DNA of 64,000 bases from an uncultured virus (IMG/VR IMGVR_UViG_3300015373_000001) (Duplodnaviria; Heunggongvirae; Uroviricota; Caudoviricetes): positions 1 to 64,000 of the IMG/VR virus record IMGVR_UViG_3300015373_000001; one strand, written 5' to 3'. Numbering within the stretch: the stretch's first letter is position 1; each line of letters starts with the position of its first letter. The position numbers and the translations under genes are program-made. The notes beneath the pieces were generated by a model. The model was given only the letters and a program-made list of their open reading frames with translations, was not told the origin of the DNA and made no database searches. Positions 1-9,464 of this stretch are shown here, piece after piece.

Positions 1-59
1 AAGATGCTTCAGCACCAGGCGCAGCGTCACCTCTGACGACTGCCGGATCAGGATCAGCT

Positions 60-2495
60 TCACCCCGCCAACACCTCCCGCTCGGCCCGGGTCGTCCGGA
101 TTCGGGCCCCGGCCGGGGTAGCCACGAACTGGCCGGTGACGGTGGAGCGGTGGTTCAGCCAGCAGCGGCAGCCGTACACCTCGTTCGGCGGCCCATCCGG
201 GTCGCCCGGGTGACGCAGCCACGCCTTGCCCACCGCGAACATCTCCCCGAGGGGACGCTGCTGCCCCTGGGCCTTGACGTGGGTGGGCCGTACGTGGGTG
301 TCGCGGCGGGTGTTCCACATCGCCTTCACCGCCCGGCCGGGCTCCAGGTCGGCCCACGCCTGCGCGGTGACGGCGCGGGCGCCGTTGATGGTGGCGGTGG
401 CCGCCTGCACGGCGATCTGGTCCGACCAGGTGGCCAGGGCGGCGCTGTAGTCGTGCACCGCCTGCCCGATCTGCTCGATGGAGTCGCCGTCGGCGTCACG
501 CTGCCGCATCAGCGCGGCCACCTTTCCCGCCTGGTCGGCCGCCGCCGCGCTGAGTTTGGCGACGATGACGGCCACGACCGGGGCGACGGTGTCGGCGACC
601 GGTGGCGCGTCCGGGGTGCCGAAGTCGGCCAGCAGGGCGGCGGCGGCGGCGATGGCGGCGGCTCCTACGATCGGGTGCGCCGTCTGGGCGGTCTCGTCCT
701 GCCAGCGCTGCGGATCGACGGCCTGTTCGGCGTTGATCTCCTTGGTGCCGACGCGTAGATCCACGTCGTAGGCGGCGGTCCAGTGCCGGGTGCCCTTGCG
801 CGTCTTGGGGGAGGACAGCCGGGCGGTGGTGCGGGCGGTCAGCCGGATCATGAGCGCGGTCAGGGCGGCCGACAGGGACGCTTCCAACTTGTCGAACATG
901 GCGGGTGTCGGTGTGGAGTCGGCGTTGCGTTCGGCCGCCTTGGTCTCTGCGGCCGGGCGGATCAGCCGGATGACGGGCCGGGCCGTCGGTTCCGGTGTGG
1001 CTGGGACGGGCGGCAGGATCATCAGGTGCTTCTTGCGCGGCCCTGACGGCTCGCCTGCGGCCGGTTTCGGCCTGGCCGCGCCGTCCCCGCCCGAGGGCGT
1101 CGTTTCGGCGCCTGCGGCCGGTTCCTGCCCCGGCGGGGGCTGCTTCTGCGCCTGGGCGATCTCGATCTGTTGTTGCGCTTCCTCCTGGGCGGCCAGGCCG
1201 AAGGTTTTGGCGTCCTCTTCGGAGGTGGGGATTTCCTGCTTGGCCTGCGGCAGCCATAGGGAGCGGGTGTGCTCGTTGTCCACCGCGTCGTATCCGGCAG
1301 CCTCCCGGTATTCGTCGATGGAGATCAGTCCGGCTTCGAACTCTGTGCGGGCCTCCTCCCGGCGTAGCCGCTTGGCCCGCTGGAGGACGTCGATCTCTTC
1401 GGTGTCGAAGAAGCCTTCCAGGTCGTCGGAGGAGTCCTCATCCAGTCCGGTGATGATCAGCGACAGGTGGGGGGGCATCGTGATCGACCAGTAGTTGTAT
1501 TCCTCCTGCTCGGCATTGTCCCAGGTTCGGCCGGAAGCATCGCCAATGACCGATTCGGGGACGCCGAACGCCGTCAAGATCTCTTTCTTGGCGATCGTCG
1601 CGGTCGTCTCGTGCGCCATGTCGCGCGGCTGGGCGGCCAGGTCCACGTAGGAAACCTCACCGGCGATGACGGTCAGCTTGCCCGCCTCGACGGCACCCTT
1701 GCCGAACCGGTCCTCAATGCGGTCCATGGACGTCTCGTCCATCTCGCCGTTGACGGCCAGAACGCCGCCAGGCCGGGCGTCGTTCTTCAAAAACGCCACG
1801 TTGTACAGGCGGGTGAAGAAGTCCAGCTCAACGCTCATTCCGGCGGCTTCGAGCGGGGACACGCCGGAGTAGGGGTCGAGCGGATGCGGGTCTCTGAACC
1901 ATTTGACGTTCTCGGTCTCGATGCGGGTACGGGAGCCGTCGGCGCGCAGCACCTCATAGTGGGAGATGAGGTCCTGGCCGGTTCCGGGCACGGGCATGGT
2001 GCGGCCGGGCGGCAGCAGGTCCAGGCGGACGATGTCGCCGTTACGGGCCCGCGTCACCTCAACGAACGCACCACGCTTGCTCAGCAGTAGTTGCGCAGAC
2101 AACCGCTTGCGGAACTGGCGGGCCGTCTCCATCGGGTTGGCCCGCCGGTTCATCACCCGATACAGCGGATGATCGTCAAGGACGTCCTCGCCCTGCTTCA
2201 GCCGGAACGGCAGCGACGATGCGTGCCCGGAGATCGACTCGACCGCCTTGAACACCCACACCACACGCTCGTACGCCTCACACACAGCCCGCTCTACCGG
2301 CCACGGCCGCGACCGATAGCCCTGGTAGAGCCCAGCCGACTGCAACGCGGCGTAGTAGTCGGCCAGCACCACTTTGGTTTCTGGTGCAGGTGAGGGCGAA
2401 CGGCCGCGCCCCATGAGCCGCCGCATCGCCTGACGTACCTCCACCGGCCCTCCCCGCTTCGCGTGCCGGTGGGGACGGTACGTCTCAGATGTCAT
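60..2495 (-). CDS. Phage portal protein fused to C-terminal MuF-like head morphogenesis domain
   Basis: Portal-type N-terminus (FRDPHPLDPYSGVSPLEAA, NDARPGGVL, ILTAFGVP); C-terminus WNTRRDTHVRPTH...HPGDPDGPPNEVYGCRC is MuF-like; downstream of terminase. Confidence 0.9.
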   Translation of the reverse strand: MTSETYRPHRHAKRGGPVEVRQAMRRLMGRGRSPSPAPETKVVLADYYAALQSAGLYQGYRSRPWPVERAVCEAYERVVWVFKAVESISGHASSLPFRLKQGEDVLDDHPLYRVMNRRANPMETARQFRKRLSAQLLLSKRGAFVEVTRARNGDIVRLDLLPPGRTMPVPGTGQDLISHYEVLRADGSRTRIETENVKWFRDPHPLDPYSGVSPLEAAGMSVELDFFTRLYNVAFLKNDARPGGVLAVNGEMDETSMDRIEDRFGKGAVEAGKLTVIAGEVSYVDLAAQPRDMAHETTATIAKKEILTAFGVPESVIGDASGRTWDNAEQEEYNYWSITMPPHLSLIITGLDEDSSDDLEGFFDTEEIDVLQRAKRLRREEARTEFEAGLISIDEYREAAGYDAVDNEHTRSLWLPQAKQEIPTSEEDAKTFGLAAQEEAQQQIEIAQAQKQPPPGQEPAAGAETTPSGGDGAARPKPAAGEPSGPRKKHLMILPPVPATPEPTARPVIRLIRPAAETKAAERNADSTPTPAMFDKLEASLSAALTALMIRLTARTTARLSSPKTRKGTRHWTAAYDVDLRVGTKEINAEQAVDPQRWQDETAQTAHPIVGAAAIAAAAALLADFGTPDAPPVADTVAPVVAVIVAKLSAAAADQAGKVAALMRQRDADGDSIEQIGQAVHDYSAALATWSDQIAVQAATATINGARAVTAQAWADLEPGRAVKAMWNTRRDTHVRPTHVKAQGQQRPLGEMFAVGKAWLRHPGDPDGPPNEVYGCRCWLNHRSTVTGQFVATPAGARIRTTRAEREVLAG

Positions 2496-2507
2496 TAACG
2501 TCGCTGG

Positions 2508-2846
2508 CTACCCAGCGGCGGCCACCGCTTCGTCGCCGTCGTCATCCTTAGGCCGTTCGCAGCCCAGGGCGGCGCAGTTGTGCTTGTGGTGGGCGCGCTT
2601 CTTGCGCTGACCGATCGGCCCGCCCCGCAGGTGCTCGTTGCCGTCGGCCGCCTCACACAGTTCATCGGCCACGTCAGTCCAGGGCCGTCTGCATTGGGAA
2701 CAGTAGACGTCGAGTATGTCGATGCGCAGGTCTCGCGGGTGACGGACGCAGTGGCGTAGGACGGCGCGGAGCGCCTGCCGGTCGTCCAGGGCGATGGTGG
2801 CCGCCCCTACCCACGTGTGCGTGCGGCTGTACTCCGGCATCGGCAT
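2508..2846 (-). CDS. Hypothetical Cys/His-rich protein
   Basis: 112-aa ORF between terminase and portal; YCSQCRRP motif. Confidence 0.6.
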   Translation of the reverse strand: MPMPEYSRTHTWVGAATIALDDRQALRAVLRHCVRHPRDLRIDILDVYCSQCRRPWTDVADELCEAADGNEHLRGGPIGQRKKRAHHKHNCAALGCERPKDDDGDEAVAAAG

Positions 2847-3179
2847 ATGGACCCTCCCCGATCTGGGTCAAAACGGGAGGCTTGTGAACAGCCCCCCGGG
2901 AATATGGCTTGGCGCCATCCGATCGCCCTCGGACGTCGATTTAGAGCCCCTCGGGGTAGGGCCGAAAAGGTCACGTCCCGGCGGCTCCTCGACCGGCCGC
3001 CTGGGGGCGGGTCAGGCCCGACGGCAAGCCTTGGAAAATGCTGAGACGCGTGATGTTCATGCGATTCGAATCTACGGTAGTCCCGCAGGAAACCCCGTGC
3101 CAAGCGGGGTTCTACCGCGACGGCAAAGGTTTAGTCACGCGGCACCGGCGCCGCGCACCGCATGCTTGACGACGACACG

Positions 3180-4937
3180 TCACACCACCAACGTCGCCTT
3201 CTTCCGGACGGCCTTCAACAGCGGTTCGTAGATCGCCATGAGGAGCGCTTCGGCCCGGTCCGGCGACGTCAACCCGCGTTCCTTCAACTTCTTCTTCTGC
3301 TCAATCACGGTGAAACCGGACGGGTCGGTGGACATCGTCGGCGCCCGCAACTGAGCCAGAGTCCGGGCGTCCACCCGCAACCTGACCCGGCCCGCCTCAT
3401 GCTCAGCGTCCGGCTGCAACAGGCTGCGCATGGCCAGCCACAGCTCATCCCGCTTACGGCGCGGCATCAGGGTGGCGCCGTCGGGCTCCCGGTTCGTCGA
3501 TTCCGCGACGTTCACCGGCACAATCACGGCGTCGTGCATCGGCGTCCCCTTCCCTTCCGGGGACCAGTCCAGCAGCGTGTTGTAGACGCCCCAGCCAACC
3601 CCGATAACGTCGATCTTGACGCGGATGCGGGCCTTGGTACCGATCGCCCGCCGTACCGCCTCCGCCCGCCGGATCTCCTGAAGAACACGCCCCGCCACGT
3701 CATTGGAGTTGCTGTTCGCCGGGCCGGAGGAGGCGTGCTGGATCGTCGCCAGGTCGCCGATCGACCGGGCGATGACGAACTCATCGCCTCCGCCCGCCGC
3801 GACGTCCACGCCGAGGCGGATCCAGTCGTTCTCCCGCACCCGCCACGCCTCAGTCTCATCCGGCAGGCCCAGCTCGTTCAGGACGAACGTGTGCTCGCCC
3901 GCCTCCGGCTCCTCCATCGCGGCGGCCTGGTCCACCCACATCGACGGCAGGACCCGGTTCGGGCCACCCTTCGGGAACCTGGCGTACACCTTGGCCTGGG
4001 CATAGTTGGAGTCTTCGCCGTGCTCGCCGATCGTTTCGGCGATCCACGACTTCTTCACCAGATGCCGGGTGACGCGATGGGTCAGCCCGCCGGTGCAGGT
4101 CCGGCAGATCGGCGCGTCCTCCCCGGACACCGACGGGGTGTCGAACGCGGAGATCGGGATCACCTTGGCCGCCGGGGAGCCGTCCGGGTTCGTCCGGGTG
4201 CACAACCCCTCGAACCAACTGGCTTCGTCGTCGGTGGGCGGGTTGCCGATGGCCAGCAGGTGGGATCCGGCCGTCGAGGTCATACCCCGGAAGTTGCGGC
4301 CGATCACCTCGGAGATACCGCCCGCCTCATCCACGATCAGCAGCAGCGAGGGGGCGTGGATACCCTGCACGGCCGCCTCATTCCAGGGGGCGGCGGACAG
4401 ACCGTAGGCGGCCACGTAGGCGTTGTCCAACGACGTCGGGATCTTGAGCTGCGCCATGTCCACACTGCCGGGCAGCCCGGCGCGGGAATGCGCCATCCGC
4501 ACCTCGGCCCACAGCAGCCGGACCACCTGCCGCCACGTCGGCGCCATCGTGATGACCTTGGCGGTGCCGGGCGCGTGCGTAAAGGCGAACCACAATGCGC
4601 AGCGGGAAGCTGACCAGGTTTTGCCCGAAGCGTAACAAGATGGTACGGCTACGGCATCATTGTCCGGAATGGCGGCGAGGATCTCACGCGGCTTAGACCA
4701 CGTGGCCTCCTGCAACACGTCGGTGACGAACCCGACCGGATCATCCACCCACAGGCAATAGGGTGTGCCACCCTCCCGGGCGGCCACGGCCAGCACCTGA
4801 ACCCAGTCGGCGGCGCTCAGCGTCTTCATGAAGCCGCGCCGGGCGGCCACCGGCGCGGCCACCAGATCGGCGAACAACCGGGCCGCCTCATTCGAACGGC
4901 CACGCACCCGCTCCCGGGCGGCGGTGACGACACTCAC
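3180..4937 (-). CDS. Terminase large subunit
   Basis: Walker A-like ASGKT, Walker B LLIVDEAGG, AIGNP, nuclease GVDVAAGGGD, C-terminal SPDRAEAL; GTG start overlaps upstream stop (GTGA). Confidence 0.92.
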   Translation of the reverse strand: MSVVTAARERVRGRSNEAARLFADLVAAPVAARRGFMKTLSAADWVQVLAVAAREGGTPYCLWVDDPVGFVTDVLQEATWSKPREILAAIPDNDAVAVPSCYASGKTWSASRCALWFAFTHAPGTAKVITMAPTWRQVVRLLWAEVRMAHSRAGLPGSVDMAQLKIPTSLDNAYVAAYGLSAAPWNEAAVQGIHAPSLLLIVDEAGGISEVIGRNFRGMTSTAGSHLLAIGNPPTDDEASWFEGLCTRTNPDGSPAAKVIPISAFDTPSVSGEDAPICRTCTGGLTHRVTRHLVKKSWIAETIGEHGEDSNYAQAKVYARFPKGGPNRVLPSMWVDQAAAMEEPEAGEHTFVLNELGLPDETEAWRVRENDWIRLGVDVAAGGGDEFVIARSIGDLATIQHASSGPANSNSNDVAGRVLQEIRRAEAVRRAIGTKARIRVKIDVIGVGWGVYNTLLDWSPEGKGTPMHDAVIVPVNVAESTNREPDGATLMPRRKRDELWLAMRSLLQPDAEHEAGRVRLRVDARTLAQLRAPTMSTDPSGFTVIEQKKKLKERGLTSPDRAEALLMAIYEPLLKAVRKKATLVV

Positions 4938-5176
4938 GACGTCGCGGCCACCGGGACCGTGTAGCAGTCCCGGCACAACCGTTCGGACGGCTCAGCCAGC
5001 ATCAGGGCCCCGGCCAGGCCGCACACGGTGTCTCCGGAGCGGGTACGCCGGTGGGCGTAGGGGGCGCCGTCGCAGGTCCACCGCAGCGCCGGATGCATCA
5101 CGGCGCCGTCAGCCAGTGCCCGGTTCAGTTCGCCACGGCGGCGGCGGGCGGCATCCAGGGAAGCGATCTCGGCCAT
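4934..5176 (-). CDS. Hypothetical Zn-finger-like protein
   Basis: 80 aa, TVCG...LCRDC, coupled to terminase. Confidence 0.6.
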   Translation of the reverse strand: MAEIASLDAARRRRGELNRALADGAVMHPALRWTCDGAPYAHRRTRSGDTVCGLAGALMLAEPSERLCRDCYTVPVAATS

Positions 5177-5215
5177 GCAGAGCAGCGTGCATGGCCGGAC
5201 TGGTTAGCGTCGCCC

Positions 5216-5254
5216 TGTGGCTATCGTACGGCTATCTGCCGTACGATAGCCACA
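5216..5254. promoter_or_regulatory. Perfect 16-bp inverted repeat (candidate operator) over the RHH gene promoter
   Basis: TGTGGCTATCGTACGG-7nt-CCGTACGATAGCCACA, contains -10-like TACGAT and ends on the A of the ATG. Confidence 0.7.
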
Positions 5255-5463
5255 TGGCTCATGTACGGCTTACCGTCAATCTGCTCATCAAGGTCGCCGA
5301 CACACTGAAGGCGCTCCACCACCGCCTGGGACTCAGCCAGACCGACATCGTCAACCGCGCCATCTCCTGCTACGACTTCATGGAGCAGGCGCGGTTGGAA
5401 GGCAGGGACATTCTGCTGCGGGACAAGGAGTCCGGCGAAATTGAACGGGTGACCTGGTTTTAA
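5254..5463 (+). CDS. Ribbon-helix-helix-like DNA-binding protein
   Basis: VRLTVNL strand then two helices (GLSQTDIVNRAI); 69 aa; no RBS, possibly leaderless. Confidence 0.65.
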   Translation: MAHVRLTVNLLIKVADTLKALHHRLGLSQTDIVNRAISCYDFMEQARLEGRDILLRDKESGEIERVTWF

Positions 5464-5927
5464 GCGGCCCGCCGACGCCGGGCGAACCCGCCGGGGCGCA
5501 CTCCGGTCGCGGCGGCCTTCTCCTTAGCCTTGGCCCGCTGGGCTACCGTCAGTTCGATGACGACGGCAGCCCGCCGCCGTGTCCCGGTGTCGGCGATGGC
5601 GGCCAGTTCGGAGGCGATCCGGCCGGAGTAGTAGTCGGTCGGCCGCCACACGTCCACGTCGGCGCCGACCGCTTCCAGATGGGCGAGGACAAGTTTCTGC
5701 GCGGGAGTGAGGCGGCCCTTCTGCGCCTTCAACTCCCGGAACATGACGTGGGATCCGATGATGGTCCAGTCGGGCCAGCCAGGGCGCATCCCGCCCACCC
5801 CGTCTGTCGGGTGGAAGGAGAACGGCGCCAGAAAAAGGTCGTTGAGAAGGGCCCGGACCTTCAGGTCCAGACTCTTCTCGTTCATCTTCGCCGCACGGGA
5901 CGTGAACGCGTCCACCAGTTTGGCCAT
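5460..5927 (-). CDS. VRR-NUC domain nuclease
   Basis: PGWPDW...FRELKAQKGRLTPAQ PD-(D/E)xK signature. Confidence 0.8.
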   Translation of the reverse strand: MAKLVDAFTSRAAKMNEKSLDLKVRALLNDLFLAPFSFHPTDGVGGMRPGWPDWTIIGSHVMFRELKAQKGRLTPAQKLVLAHLEAVGADVDVWRPTDYYSGRIASELAAIADTGTRRRAAVVIELTVAQRAKAKEKAAATGVRPGGFARRRRAA

Positions 5928-5932
5928 GACGG

Positions 5933-6721
5933 TTACGCGGCTGCGGCGCGGCGGGCGCTGGGCGTGGCGCCGGTGCGGATCAGTGCGACCATCGCGGTGG
6001 ACAGCGTGCCCAGGCGGGCCAGCTCCGCGTTGGAGTAGATACGGCCGACCGGCTTCTCCGCCTCCCGCCGACCGGTCATCTCCGCGTCGGTGAGCCGGTG
6101 CCACCGGACGCGCTTCTTCTCCCACCGGCCTTCGGCCAGTTCATGCAGCAGCGCGTCCCGCAACGGGCGGGCCACCTCGCCGTATTCGCTGCACCGCACA
6201 TACTGCTGGTGGGCGGACTCGGCGACCTCGGCGGCGCGCTTCTCCGTCCACCGGGGCAGCGTGGTCCGGTCGGCGTTCATGATGGCGAAGTCGATGATCC
6301 GGCGCTCGTCCGCCCCCATCTTCCTGATGATCGCAATCGGCTTCCAGCCGTAGTTGAACTTCAGGTTCTGGATCGCCGTGCGCCGGTCGGCGCGCAGCTT
6401 GTCCATCGTCCGGTGCTTCGTCCACGCCGCACCGGACAGCGTGCCCAGCACGATGAAGCGGTGTACCGGATGCTCGATCGCCGCCGCGATCTCCGGAGTG
6501 ATCTGCTTCGTCTCCGTCTGCGGGTCGAACGACCCGTAACGCTCCTCCAAAGCCTCGACGGCCGCGTTGCGCAGGGCCTCTATCTCCTCCTTGGAGGGAA
6601 GTTGCCGGGGCGGCAGCGTCGCTGCTGCGATGAACGCCTCGATCGGGTCTGCGGGCTCCTGCCCGGTTCCCGTGTCAGGCTCATCGCGAACATCGGTTGG
6701 CTCGATTACGTCGGTGTTCAT
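5933..6721 (-). CDS. Hypothetical protein
   Basis: 262-aa ORF with purine-rich RBS. Confidence 0.65.
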   Translation of the reverse strand: MNTDVIEPTDVRDEPDTGTGQEPADPIEAFIAAATLPPRQLPSKEEIEALRNAAVEALEERYGSFDPQTETKQITPEIAAAIEHPVHRFIVLGTLSGAAWTKHRTMDKLRADRRTAIQNLKFNYGWKPIAIIRKMGADERRIIDFAIMNADRTTLPRWTEKRAAEVAESAHQQYVRCSEYGEVARPLRDALLHELAEGRWEKKRVRWHRLTDAEMTGRREAEKPVGRIYSNAELARLGTLSTAMVALIRTGATPSARRAAAA

Positions 6722-6888
6722 TGGCCTCAGCCTCCGTTCTGGTCGTGGTCTCTCCTTCTAATTCAGTTACGAGTGTACAGGGATCTAGCGCGAGAGCAAG
6801 ATTCCCGGGTGCCCAATTTTGTCCGATGTAACGCTCCGTCGCCGACCGATGTCCGCGTACAGGGATTTAGCGTCACAGACCGTGCAGG

Positions 6889-8067
6889 TTACGCGGCCCG
6901 GTACGGCTGAATCATGTGCCGGGACGCCGGACCATCGCCGACAGGACCGATCAGCACCGGCTTGACCGCCCCGTAGATCGACACCGACGCCACCGGGCTG
7001 CGCAGCCCGATCAGCGCGTTGAGCAGATATCCGAGATTAAGGCTCACCTCGACATCCTCGCCGTCCACGTCCGCCGCCACCGTGGAGGCGGAGCGGGCCA
7101 ACGTCCCGACCGTGTTGCCGCCGGTCAGCCGGATACCCTTGCCGGACAGGGCCAGTCGCAACGTGGGCGGCGGGGCGTCCGCCCCGCCGCCGCCGAGTAC
7201 CGTTCCCGCCTTCTTCAGCGCCCGCATCAGCGCGTCGGTCTCCACCGTCATCGCGGTCGCCGTACCTTCGGCCCGCATCGCCTCGAACGACATCTCGGCG
7301 TTGGCGAAGTAGTTCCGCCAATTCGGGAACTGGCCGTCGATCACGCGGACGGTGGAGACGCGACCCTCGCCCGACAGCGACACCATCGTCACCTTGTCCT
7401 GGTAGCCGCGCACGAACGCCACCCCCACCCGGCCGGTTGCCGAACCGGTGAAGTCGGCCAGCAGGCGCGGCGGCACGATCGCGCCGCACTCCACCGCCTT
7501 GGCAACCGGCTTCCACGACAGTTCCGTGGCCGCGATCTGGTAGCGGTTGGTGGCGGCCAGGCTCATTACCTCATTGGCCACCTCGACGAACACGCCGGTG
7601 TGCTCAACTTGGGCGCCCTTGCCCTTGCCGACGGCACCACCGACCTGTTTGAACGCCTGCTGAAGCAGCTCGGCGTCCACCCAGCCGACCGGCTCGCCCG
7701 CCTCCGGCAGTGACGGGTAGTCGTAGGCGGGCATGAGCGCCAGTTCCCAGGAGTCCTCACCGCAGGTGATGACGGCGGCCGTCTCCTCGGCGACTACTTC
7801 GACTTCGTCGCCGTCGGCCGCCTCACACACTTTGTGCAGCAGCGCGGCGGGCAGGAGACCGTCGCCACCCTCCAGGATGATCGCGGGGATGGTGGCGCGG
7901 GACGCCAGTTCGTAGTCGTTGGCGGCCAGACTCAGGACGCCCGTCTCGCCGTCGGCGTCGATGAGCAGACCAGCCATGATCGGCTGTACGCCGTGGCTGG
8001 TGTCTGCCGCGCGGGCGACCCAGGCGACCGCCTCGGCGAACCGGATCCGGTCAACGGTGAACTTCAC
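6889..8067 (-). CDS. dnaN: DNA polymerase III beta sliding clamp
   Basis: MKFTVDR start, LAANDYEL, YPSLP, AATNRYQIA, RVIDGQFPNW, YLLNAL; GGAGG RBS. Confidence 0.9.
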   Translation of the reverse strand: MKFTVDRIRFAEAVAWVARAADTSHGVQPIMAGLLIDADGETGVLSLAANDYELASRATIPAIILEGGDGLLPAALLHKVCEAADGDEVEVVAEETAAVITCGEDSWELALMPAYDYPSLPEAGEPVGWVDAELLQQAFKQVGGAVGKGKGAQVEHTGVFVEVANEVMSLAATNRYQIAATELSWKPVAKAVECGAIVPPRLLADFTGSATGRVGVAFVRGYQDKVTMVSLSGEGRVSTVRVIDGQFPNWRNYFANAEMSFEAMRAEGTATAMTVETDALMRALKKAGTVLGGGGADAPPPTLRLALSGKGIRLTGGNTVGTLARSASTVAADVDGEDVEVSLNLGYLLNALIGLRSPVASVSIYGAVKPVLIGPVGDGPASRHMIQPYRAA

Positions 8068-8302
8068 GGGGATACCTCCGAACGGGGGTGTGGGGTGGTC
8101 GTGAACATCAGGCGGCCTCGTCGGCGGCGGGCTGCTCAGGGTTGGCGGCCTGCGCTGAGCGCTCCAGCGCATCAGCGATCATGGCGTCGATGCCGGGCAG
8201 TACCGGCACCGGACCCCAGCGCCTCGTCTGCTCAACCTTGTACTCGTCGGGCGCGTATTCGGTCATGGTTCCTCCCTTCTGCTGCAGTCATTGACATCGG
8301 GG

Positions 8303-8653
8303 TTATGCGGCCATCCGCAGGGTGGCGGCGGCCGGGTGGGGAGTGCAGGCGATGGACGTCAGTAGCGCCTCGATCTGCTCGGCGACCTGCTCCTTGACCA
8401 GGTCGGGGTCTTCGGGGCGGCCGTCGTCGTCGCGTCCCGCGTCGGCGCCGTCCTCCAGGGCGGTGAGCCATTCGCTCAGGTCGATCAGTTCCCGCCACAT
8501 GCTCAGCCGGGTGTCGTCGGTTGCGTGGTTGTCGAGGATTCCGGCGAGAACCACCGCGTTGTCGGCCTCTTCGACGAACGGATCTTCCAGCAGTAGCTCT
8601 ACGGCGGCACGCCGGGCCTGTGCGCGAACCTCATCGAATCCGATGGACTGCAT
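8303..8653 (-). CDS. Hypothetical acidic protein
   Basis: AGGAG RBS; GAGCGACC leader motif. Confidence 0.6.
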   Translation of the reverse strand: MQSIGFDEVRAQARRAAVELLLEDPFVEEADNAVVLAGILDNHATDDTRLSMWRELIDLSEWLTALEDGADAGRDDDGRPEDPDLVKEQVAEQIEALLTSIACTPHPAAATLRMAA

Positions 8654-8783
8654 GATTAACTCCTGTCCGCGCCGTGGTCGCTCTACCTGGCGCTTCATCA
8701 CCATCAGTGTACATCCATTTAGCACTAGGGGGAAGGGGTGGGGTGCGGTTTCCACGCACCCCACCGTGGACCCCGGCCGGGCC

Positions 8784-9092
8784 TTAGGTCGCCCGCTCCT
8801 GCCAGAGCCGATCCTGTGCCGCGCACCGCATCCGGCCCGCCTCCCGCCACGTGATCGCTTCGGCGCCCGCCGCAATGGCCTCCAGGCGCTTCGACTCCAC
8901 CACGTCGTAATGCCGCCGCAACTGAAGCGGATCGTCGGCCTTATGGAACCAGGACCGCCGCAGCCCAATCCGTTGCGCGAACTCGTGCAACTCCTCGTCG
9001 GAGGTGTCGGAGAACAGGTGCGACCAGCGGCCCCGACCCTTGCCTACGGTGGCCTGCTGCCGCCAGTCGTCTACGTAGACGGTCACGGTCAC
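8784..9092 (-). CDS. DUF4031-like protein
   Basis: TVYVDD...WSHLFSDT..EELHEFAQRIGLRRSWF...HYDV. Confidence 0.8.
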   Translation of the reverse strand: MTVTVYVDDWRQQATVGKGRGRWSHLFSDTSDEELHEFAQRIGLRRSWFHKADDPLQLRRHYDVVESKRLEAIAAGAEAITWREAGRMRCAAQDRLWQERAT

Positions 9093-9442
9093 CCCCAGGA
9101 CATGGCGCAGTCGCATTCGGCGCAGAACTGCATGCCGCGCACGAGCGCCACCAGGTTGGACCGGTCGTAGGCAGACAGGTGGTCACCCAGAAACTTCAAG
9201 ATCGCCTCGAAGCGGGGGACCATCATCCGGCACTGTGAGGCGGAGAAGAAGCCGTGCACGTCCCCAGAGTCCAGCCACGGCATCAGCGGCGTACCGCTGC
9301 CCTCATCGCCCTGATACGGAGCGCGATTCTTCCACCACGCCTCCAGGTCCATGATCCCCTCGAACTCGGCGATTTGCTTCCGCAGGGCGGCGAAGCCGTG
9401 GTAATCCCACGAGGCGCCACCGGGCCGGTAGGACAGTCCCAT
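9089..9442 (-). CDS. Hypothetical protein
   Basis: Coupled ORF with RBS. Confidence 0.6.
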   Translation of the reverse strand: MGLSYRPGGASWDYHGFAALRKQIAEFEGIMDLEAWWKNRAPYQGDEGSGTPLMPWLDSGDVHGFFSASQCRMMVPRFEAILKFLGDHLSAYDRSNLVALVRGMQFCAECDCAMSWG

Positions 9443-9464
9443 ACGATCACTTCCTTTCATGGGG

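Noticed and set aside
3162..4613. Long plus-strand ORFs (also 12027-13676, 43665-45224, 49998-51287)
   Set aside because: Antisense shadows of real high-GC genes
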